From: Octopus vulgaris
Lineage: Eukaryota
Assembly (NCBI GenBank): GCA_951406725.2
Contig: OX597827.1
Coordinates: 35,092,001-35,156,000 of the forward strand
Direction of reading: 5' to 3'
DNA: 64,000 nt
A program made the translations under genes and the position numbers. The first letter of the stretch is position 1, and each line of letters begins with the position of its first letter. The notes under the pieces were generated by a model. The model worked only from the letters and a program-made list of their open reading frames with translations, ran no database searches and had not been told where the DNA came from. Positions 54,470-64,000 of this stretch are shown piece by piece.

Positions 54470-55430
54470 TACAAAGTATTCTTCTTCTGCCTTTCGTAGT
54501 TGATCATTTTCATCTATTATTTTGTACAAAAGAAATAATTTGAATTCTCCATTTGTCTAGATGCTTACTACATGGAACATTTCCAAAAGATGAATCTTTA
54601 ATTTATTGCTTGTGCACATTCACACAGTTGGTTAGTTTCTCGAATATAATTCTCGTTGTACTGGGGGCATGGGTCCCAGTAGAGAGCGGGGTTTTGTATT
54701 TCAATTCATGCTTGTATTCACTTACAATTCCTTTCCATTTTTGAATTTTTGGTTGCTCCTTGTTCAAATATTCCACAATGAATGTGTCTCCACAGTTTAT
54801 TACATACGTTATTTCTTTCTCCGAAGTGAATCTCAACTTTGCTTGGAGTCTTTTGAGGTTTGGTGGTTGCCTTCGACTGTTGATTTATGATTCTTTAATT
54901 ATTTAATTATTTATCGGAAATTCGATGATCGATGTGGAATTGGAAAGTATCGTTTGGTTGAATGTAGGATTTCGTGGTTCCTTGGATTATGGGTGAATAC
55001 AAATAGAATATATTTATATTTATAGTTTTCTTTTCACCTTTAGTTTGAGTGTTCCTCCCAAGGAAGAGATTAGTATTTCTTTTGAATTGGTTATAGTTTG
55101 ATTTCTTAACATTTTAGCGTATTTCTGCTTTTAAAAGAACTTTTTAAAATTCTACTAGTCGTTTCTCTCGTCTATTTGCGTCTGTAACTATTGAGTATAT
55201 ATGTCTTGTCATATTGAGGGATATTATCCTTTCTTGTCGGAAGGATGGCAAGATCTGAAAACTAAATATTGGTGTGCGTCTGACTCCTTGCAGTAGAGTC
55301 CTTTTCTCTAATTATCGTCTGTTCCCTTTCATTAATTTCCATTGAGAAGTAGATCGATTCATGAACGCTATTTATTAATGAAATGAATTGTGTAAAGTTC
55401 ACCTTTTTTCCCAAATATGAAACAAAACAC
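54470..55430 (-). mobile_element. Highly degraded PLE
   Basis: Minus-strand remnants: YCKESDAHQYL-like segment and ITYVINC endonuclease-start motif. Confidence 0.55.
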
Positions 55431-55469
55431 ATGTGCTTGAAAAGCTAGACAACAAAAGAGCTTTGTTGG

Positions 55470-55848
55470 AAGCACTCCGTCGGTTCCGACGACGAGGGTT
55501 CCGGTTGATTCGATCAACGGAACAGCCTGCTCGTGAAATTAACGTGTAAGTGGCTGAGCACTCCACAGACACGTGTACCCTTAACGTAGTTCTCGGGAAT
55601 ATTCAGCATGACACAGAGAGTGACAAGGCCGGCCCTTTGAAAAACAGGTACAACAGAAACAGGAAGTAAGAGTGAGAGAAAGTTGTGGTGAAAGAGTACA
55701 TCAGGGATCACCACAATCCCTGCCGGAGCCTCGTGGAGCTTTAGGTGTTTTCGCTCAATAAACACTCACAACGCCCGGTCTGGGAATAGAAACCGCGATC
55801 CTACGACCGCGAGTCCGCTGCCCTAACCACTAGGCCATTGCGCCTCCA
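55470..55848 (-). mobile_element. tRNA-derived SINE, same head as 42810-43107
   Basis: ~180 bp 5' part nearly identical to 42925-43107; the 3' part differs. Confidence 0.82.
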
Positions 55849-55949
55849 CGCTTACACCAAAAATACATATAAGAAAACGTCAGTAATTTCTTTAAGCAGA
55901 AAGATTTTTAAAAATCTTTCTTCATTTATATATATATATACACATAATC

Positions 55950-56702
55950 ATCACTAATTGTGACTGAGTTAAGAGTTAAAAGCTCTTAATGTTGTAAGAA
56001 GTGCGCAATATTTATGCACTGACGGGGGAGAAAACCGCACCATGACCATCTCTAGGATCTCTAGACTAGACTAGTTTCGCCTGTCAGTCGCATGCTCGTA
56101 AGTAGTTACTGCTCAAACGCTCGATGGCTTCGCTAGATCCGGCTATCAGTATATATATTTTTACCACAAAATTTTCTGGCTGATTTAGCGAAATGCTAAT
56201 GCGTATATTAAAAATTAATATAAATAGCTAGGCTCAATATAATACCATACGAAAGAAAAGTTTCATCGTCATTAATTGTGACTGAGGGTACCGAAGCACC
56301 TGTACTGCAAGAAATAAGAGTTAAAAACTTTTAATGCTGTAAGAAGCACGCATTATATATACAAGCTGACAGGGGCGATAACCAGGGGAAATGAGCGTCT
56401 GTAGAATCACTAGACTAGAATAATCTCGCCTATCAGACGTAGGTTCGTCAGTAGTGACTACTCAAACGTTCAATCGTTTCGCCAAATCCGGCTGTCATTA
56501 TATATATATTTTTTTTTGCCACAAATATTTAAGGCTGATTTAGCGAAATGCTAATGATTATACTAAAAATTAATGTAAATAACCAGGTGCAATATAATGC
56601 AATACCGGAAAAATTTAATCGTCATTAATTTTGACGGAGGGTGCCGAGTAGTCTAGCCCAATGATCTTAGAGACGCCCATAGAGCAATTATCTTTCCTGT
56701 CA

Positions 56703-56744
<42 letters not shown>

Positions 56745-56830
56745 CATTAAGGGATTTTAAGTTTTCTTTCTTGCAATATAGGTAGGGATTAAGTTTTTCC
56801 CTTTATCGTATTTTATTGCGCCTTGCTGTT
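55950..56830. repeat. Diverged ~320-350 bp tandem repeat with an inverted partial copy, among (TA)n
   Basis: Unit starts near 55955, 56274 and 56627 (taattgtgactgag); 56741-56782 is the reverse complement of 56299-56340. Confidence 0.7.
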
Positions 56831-57156
56831 TGTATATATATATATATAACAAAGTGAAGTTGTAAGGTATCGCACGAGTGGAAATATATTTGAAAGAAGG
56901 TTTGAAAATGGAATTTTAAATATGTTTATTCACTTGACCGGTTTTACTTTTTTAGAAAAAGCTTGTCAGAAGTAAAATGTAAAGCTTTGTATAAGCTTTG
57001 GTGTGTTAAGTAATGGATGTCACAAAAGTATTAAAATACATATATACATTCTTTGATAATAATAAAAAATGTTAAAAACAGTTTACAAGAAAATATTTAA
57101 GAAATTATTCAACAAAAAGTATTAGGAGTTCAATAAAAAATCATGTTTCTTTGGTA

Positions 57157-57201
<45 letters not shown>

Positions 57202-57654
57202 GAAGGAGATATATTTAAGAGCTTACAAAGAATTTGAGATGAACCAACCTGTTTTCCTTGCATTTTTTATTTTGTTTGTAGCTAAGGATTGTTTTCTATT
57301 TTAAAGGACAGTGTGGGAGCTTGGTTGGGGTGGGGGAAGGGTGAGCAATGTGGAATCAAAAGGATTTTTTGTTTCTGGGCTAGTCTGTCATGGTTCAGTG
57401 GTTTTGGGGACTAGTCTTAGAATTCAGAATGGTGTGAGTGTGTGTCTCTGTGCACGTTTCTGTGTGTGTGTATATATACATGTGTCTGTGTTTGTGTGTG
57501 GGGGCCGTTTTTGATTGGTCCCAGAGTTTATTGTGATGTGTGTAAATGGGTCTGTGTGTGTCCGTGTATGTTGGATTTATCTGGGTGGTGTGAATGTGTG
57601 TGCATGTGCGTTTTGTGTATGTTGGTAGACGGAAACAGAAAGAAGCCCGTCTCA

Positions 57655-57721
<67 letters not shown>

Positions 57722-57826
57722 GGGTGACAAGATAAATGACGTTATTTCGGCCCACTTAGAATACAGAACTCAAAGGTAAGTCTCCGAGTCAATAAAATTT
57801 TAATCTATAATCGTTAATCGGACTAA

Positions 57827-57883
<57 letters not shown>

Positions 57884-57912
57884 GCCTATGGATCTATCCT
57901 AATCAATGTCTG

Positions 57913-57973
<61 letters not shown>

Positions 57974-59494
57974 TTATCTTTCTATTTATCTATCTCTTTC
58001 TCTCTCACTCACTCACTCAGTCTCTCTGTCGTGAAGTAACTGAAAACTAAATCTGTGGTATTGAGAATATTTGCTGTAGCCCATCTTTTATAGCAAGACA
58101 AAACATGTACATGATAACACTTCCAATCAGTTAAGATCAGATTATTATTATTGACTCTCATATACATAAGTAATCGAAACATCGGACAAAGTGCCTTATG
58201 GTATTTCACTAGTATGTTTTATCTAAGTTCTGAGTCCAGTTCAACTTCATTTTCCTCCTACCGGGATCGATATAATTAAGTATCAGTCTGTGGTCGATGC
58301 AATTGCCTTTAGGCTTCCACAACATATACGGCCTTGTGCCAATGTTAAAAATCAATATCAACTGAATATATATCCTATTTCTTCCTCCGATAATAGATAA
58401 AACTGTACTGAACTTAATAAGAGTTTGAAGTTTCTAGACAAAGTGGCTTTTGTGCAGATACAGTCAAAGTCGATGTCGATGATAAAGATAGACTCACGTC
58501 ATATCGATGTTTTATATGTTTTCTGTATCCACATAAAGACATTCTGTTTGCCGTAAACACACATATATCAATACGTGTTTGTGTTCTTTTCATTTAAGGC
58601 TGATGGAGCAAAATGAGATAGGGACGTGTCTGTCTAAACACTATATATAATATTCAGATTCGTCACCCACGGTTCGGTTTGAAATCCAACCTTTTTTTTT
58701 CACCTGTCTAAGAGGGGCAAATACAGCGAGTATAACCCTTTCCAGGATCAGTGTAACTGGTGAAAAGAATGGAGTGAGTTATTCTTAGACTTATTATAAA
58801 TGTCTTCCATAGAGCGGATGCAATTAAATAGACACAGAGATGAGCTGGCGGTTATAAACGATGGATTAAGATCAGAAACAGTCCTTCCCAGGTGCTCCTA
58901 TAGTTTCTGTTTGCCAATTTTCCCTGACAAGGTTTTGGCTGACCTGAAACTGTAGTAGAAGATACTTGCTCAAGTTGCCGTGCAGTGGAATTGAACCCCA
59001 AAAATGTACAGTTGCAAGACATGATTCTTTGACCACAGTTCCTGGGAATCGATAAAAACATATATGATTCAGATTCAGCAGATTATGAAAAGCTTAAAGT
59101 TTAGTAGTGAAGGCGCCTGGCCTAGTGGCCAAGTAGTTAAGGTGTTGTACTCATGATCGGAAGATCGTAGTTACTACTCGCAGACTAGGCAGTGAGTGGT
59201 ATTCTTGAGTAAAACACTTCATGTCACGTTGCCCCAGCCCACTAAACTTTAAATGAGCAACCCTGCATCCTGTTCAGAAGAAATGTGATCTTAAACGCCA
59301 CGGAAACCAAGTGACCTGCCCTATGAGTCTTAGGATTGAGGATGGTACTTACTAATGTTCAGCAATATTTAATTGAGGAATTTTTTGGCACCCTCAGCGA
59401 GTCTAAGACATTTACTATCCATGGACAATAACCTTCCCAAGAACAACAGATGATCATTTAAAATACTACTTAATATATTGGAGAGGGAGTAATT

Positions 59495-59592
59495 AACCAA
59501 GTGGGGTAACTGTCCCAGGGGGTAGTTGTCGTCGGGGGGAATTGTCTTATGGAGGGTAATTGTCATGGGGGGTGGAGTACGTAATTGTCCTG
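59495..59592. repeat. Short gggtaattgtc-type tandem motif
   Basis: About five degenerate copies. Confidence 0.55.
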
Positions 59593-60007
59593 ATAGACCC
59601 TCAGCAACTGCTTGTGTGAAAAACAGCATAGCTGAATTCATCCATTTCTAAGTTTTAACTTGTTAGAAATTCGCGACTCAAGAAACAATTGGTCTGAATT
59701 ACACATCAAGCCGCTAATACAGATTTTGCTATCTTGGAGACTTAGCTCGCCCACCCTGCAATTCTCTATGACTAACTGGAACAAGTACCATTGTGTTACA
59801 GTTATCAAAAGTCAATCCGAGTAACCATGTTTATTTGAAAAACAAAGATGTTAGAAAAGGTTTAACTATCTCACTTCTCATTTCAATCAAACACCAACCA
59901 CTTCAAAGTTAGTTTTCAATACTTTTGGTTTAAGTAAAATAAAAGCAACGTAATGTTTGATTATACATACCTTCTTATAATATATATATATATGTACCTT
60001 CTAAATA

Positions 60008-60038
<31 letters not shown>

Positions 60039-60107
60039 ATTCTAAAATAACTGACGCTTTTTTTCTTATTAGAAAAAACAAATTAAATATTAGTTTTTAG
60101 TTCTCTG

Positions 60108-60800
60108 TAATATTGGTTTCAAATTTTGGCACAAGGCCAGTGAGACCAGGGAAGGTGAGGTAAATTGATTACATCGACCTCCAGAGTTCAACTGGTACTT
60201 ACTTTATCGACCCTAAAAGAGATGAAAGGTAAAGTCGACCTCGGTGGAATTTAAACTCAGAACGTAAGGACGGACTAAATGTTGCCAAGCATTTCACTCG
60301 GCATGCTAACTATTCTGCCAGCTCGCCGCATTAAGTCACTCATAACATTGGTTTCAAATTTTGGCACAAGGCCAGGAACTTTTTGAGAGGGTGCTAGTCG
60401 ATTACATCGATCCAAATGTTCAAATGGTACTTAATTTATCGACCCCCGAAAAGATGAAAGGCAAAGACAACCTCGCCTTGAACTCAGAACATGCAGACAG
60501 ACGAAATACCGCTAAGCATTTTCCCTGGTGCGTTAACGATTCTGCCAGTTCCCCGCCTGAATTCTCTCATAGTATTAATAATGCTTTCTACTATAGGCAC
60601 GAGGTCTAGAATTGTGTAGAGGGTGCTTGTCAATTACATTGACCCTAGTGTTTATCTGGTACTTCTTTTATTGACACCGAAGAGATGAAACAGACAGTCG
60701 ACCTCGGCGGAATTTGAATTTAGAACGTCAAGATCCATAAAGAAATGCCGCTTGGGATCTTGTCCGACGCGTTAGAAATAATGCCAGCTCGCCACCTTAA
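60108..60800 (-). mobile_element. Three tandem OK-like SINEs
   Basis: Three repeats of ...gatgaaaggcaaagtcgacctcgg..gaactcagaac..gccagctcgcc. Confidence 0.82.
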
Positions 60801-60809
60801 TAGTAACGG

Positions 60810-62578
60810 ATCTGATCTTTCTTGCAAATATCAACTCTGCGGGTGACATTCCAGACGGAGTATTCGGATTAAGTGTTACTCGGTACACTCTTAGAAATTG
60901 TTGAAGTGCGAGGTCGTCCTTTACTTCATTGTTCACCTTTTTTAGGATCCTCTCTTTTAGAATTCCGCTTGTCTGTTTGACATAGGATGATACGGCAGAG
61001 TGGTGACATGTTCGATAACGAATATTTTACAAAATTTTCTGAACTCGTCTGAAGTAAATTGAGTTCCGTTATCAGACAAAATAGTATCAGGAATATCACT
61101 TCTGGCGAACAGATCCTGTAAAAAACCTACAGCTTTTTACACTTATACACTTCAGGCCACTTTGAAATACTGTCCACTACAAAGTAATATGATCCTTTGA
61201 GTGGACCTGTGTGATCGACATGCAGTCTGGCCTATGGAACATCTGTTTTTGGCCATGGTTGCCATTTAGTGTTAGGTGCTTTTGCAGCTAGGGTACACCC
61301 TCTGCATGCTTTCACTAGTTCTTCAATGTCACCGTTAATAACTTCTCATTAACGATTTCATTCTCGAAATCCCCGAGTGACCAATGTGAAATTCCTTTAG
61401 TAATCGCTTCTGTAGTGTGACTGACGAGCACTACGACTCTTTGTGCGTACATCAACACATTGTGACATATTGAAAATGGGTTCACATTTGTGTTGCACAT
61501 ATTTTCATCTTTTAACTTTCAGCATTTCTTTCATTTTTTTTAATGAATTTATCATTTTCCGATTTTAATTTTATGTATTGTAATGTGACTGGCTGTTCAC
61601 GTATGACATTACACAAAACATTTTAAATTTCCTTTTCCGCTCGCAATGCAGCAATCACAGCATTTTTAGAAATCAGTCTTCATGAACAATCAGTGTGTCC
61701 TAATTTTTTTTATGGTATATACTCCATCTTAAAATCATAGTTTAATGATATAGTACTCCAGCGTTGCAATCTATTAGGAGTATGGGTAGGGAATCTTTTT
61801 TTCGACCTATATATGAGTAATAACGTATAATGATCAGTCTATAGTCAAAAATTTCTACCGTGTAAAAATCTGGGAAATTTTTTACGCCAAAGATAATCGC
61901 TAAAGCCTCTTTTTCGATTTGGCTATAATTTTTTTTATGTTGATATCAGAGAACGTGAGGCATGAACCACCAACTTCATGTTACCATCTTTATATTTATG
62001 TAGCATTACTGTTCCTATACCATACTTAAAGGCATCTAAAGCTACTATATTCTCCACTGCAGGATCGAAATGCACTAAGGACAAATCAGATGTTAATATT
62101 TTCTTAATTTCGTCGAACACCTGACAATTTTCAGACCAGTTCCACTTTATATCATTTTTAGCAGACTATTTAGAGTTGCTCTTACCTTATGCATCTTTGG
62201 AATATAACATGGTTTTGTTGTTGTTGTTGCAGCTGTTGTTGATGCAACTGCACCACGGAGAGCAATAAGTCTTTCATGTTAAAATGATTTTTTTTCTTTG
62301 GTTCTGTACTAAAAAAAAATTATAAACGGCCATCACAAGCTTGGAACAACTAGTCGCCCCTTTTATATCCTGATGTTGGATTTAATGAATTTAACGAAGC
62401 AGGGGGAAAAAGTATTCACACGACGCGCTATGATTACTGTTACACGAGGTTAAACGATCTCTGCCAACGGCTCACAGTGAACTGCTTACCCTAAATTGCT
62501 GACAGTTCTTCATTTTATAATGTGTCAGTTCACTTTTATTCACATAGGGTGGGGTGGGGTCGGAAACCTTCCATAACA
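60810..62578 (-). mobile_element. Gypsy element remnant (5' LTR, RNase H, integrase), same family as 4545-5600
   Basis: LTSDLSLVHFDP...DAFKYGIG...HASRSL; 61250-61330 is the reverse complement of 4596-4675; TGTTATGG LTR start at ~62578. Confidence 0.85.
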
Positions 62579-62759
62579 GACATCTAGATGGCATTTGGTC
62601 TAGATCAACGAGCTGTTGTTAAACTAGAGATAGGGCGAAACTAAACAGCAGTGGAGTAGAACTTACAGATAATAATCGTATAGGAGAAGTGAACGGAGAA
62701 TGTTACAAGTATTTTGTTATTTAACAATTGGGCCAGATTATGAACACCAAGAAGAAGGA

Positions 62760-63820
62760 GAAAATTTCTTCTGAATATACTAGAAGAATAAAAAAGTAGT
62801 TTCGATCGAATCTGAAAGGAGGAAACCTGATCAGTGACATCAACGCTTGGGCTGTAAGCGTGGTATGCTACTGCACGGGAATTGTGAAATGGACAAAGAA
62901 AGAATTGGTCGGCATAGTCACAAAAACTCGGAAAATAATGGCCATGTATCGGTACCTTCATATTACAAGTAACGTAGCTAAGCTTTACCTACCTAGGAAA
63001 GAAAGTAGAAAAAGATTGGTTGGAAAAGAGGATAGAGTTACGAGTCGATCAAGTCCTTGCATGATTATCGTCGAGATAATTACGAAAGAATGTTGTAGGC
63101 TGCTCCGGATGAGGTGATTAACGATAATAATGAGACCGTCTTGAAATACAAAATAAGAGCTAATGAAGAAACGATCATCAACTGGAAAGAAATTTTGTTT
63201 CTGCTGCTTTATCAAAAATCATCTGAGACATTAGTGGATGCTTATCATTAGAAGAAGTTTAAAACCACTATGACCAAGTGACATTGCAAGTATACTGGTA
63301 GTTGTGCAGAAAGTTTTGGCTAGAAAGTCCCAACAAGTGGTACGAGCGCCAACCTTTGCACGTAGCAGAGAATATTCAGGTGAAACTCACGTGTAATATG
63401 CTGATCTACACGGATAAGAATTTGCAGTATAACTGACTAAGTATCACATTTCCACGGAAGGAGTACAAAGAATGGACCTTCATCGATGTAGCAAAACCTG
63501 CAAATCAGAATATTGGGAAAACAGGGAACAAGTAAGTCGAGAGTGCCAAGACCTAGCATTAGAAGTAAAATGCCTCGAGAAAGCTTCAAACGTATGTGTG
63601 ATACCTATCGTGATCATCTCAAATAAAGCAATGATCTGGCATGAAAAGCTGAAAATAGTAAAGGAAGTACAAAGCTAGCAGTAATACTCAGAACCAGTAT
63701 ATGTGTTGAGAAACGTGTTGAGTCTCTAAACTACAAGAAGGAGCTGAGACGTAATATCGGTAACCTGGGAAAAGAAAAGATATGACAATGATAATAATCC
63801 TTAACAACAACAACAATAAT
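62760..63820 (+). mobile_element. Degraded R4/Dong-like (RLE-clade) LINE fragment
   Basis: INAWA...GIVKWTKKEL...KTRKIMAMY..LH...KLYLPRKE; 3' (aat/aac)n tail. Confidence 0.7.
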
Positions 63821-64000
63821 TTTTTCTACAATAGACACAAGACCTGAAATTTTGGGGGAGGGGCTAGTCGATTACATCGATCCCAGTGCGTAATTGGTTC
63901 TTATTTCAGCAACCCCGAAAGAATGAAAGGCAAGTCGACCTCGGAGGAATTTGAACTCAGAACGTAAGGACGGACGAAATGCCACTAAGCATTTTCCCGG
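63820..64000 (-). mobile_element. OK-like SINE (runs off the window)
   Basis: Same core, reverse strand. Confidence 0.8.

Noticed and set aside
57730-57800. Hammerhead-like motif on the minus strand (...ggccGAAAtaacgTC)
   Set aside because: No acceptable CUGANGA-type box or stem II could be assigned.

Overview
AT-rich, microsatellite-dense animal genomic DNA, very probably octopus, judged from the SINE families. Twelve phase-compatible + strand exons (2840-53552, ~666 codons, both ends outside what I can resolve) encode an unnamed, probably extracellular protein. It is built from five two-exon beta-rich modules (one clearly PLAT/LH2-like) followed by a Thr-rich stalk. The introns are filled with SINEs, L1/Tx1-like and R4/Dong-like LINE relics, Gypsy pol fragments, mariner/hAT/MITE/Helitron remnants and many Penelope-like element (PLE) pieces sitting in (TA)n tracts. 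The standout is a non-coding ~360-bp tandem array with an inverted terminal segment (50967-52592). Each complete unit carries a minimal type I hammerhead ribozyme with a U3:A8 variant core, so it looks like a retrozyme multimer. A young Naiad-type PLE (24347-27286) has the same outward-facing, (TA)n-embedded architecture, and several other hammerheads with covarying 3:8 pairs (C:G, U:A, A:U) occur nearby. All calls were made by eye, without alignment or folding tools; TE boundaries are approximate.
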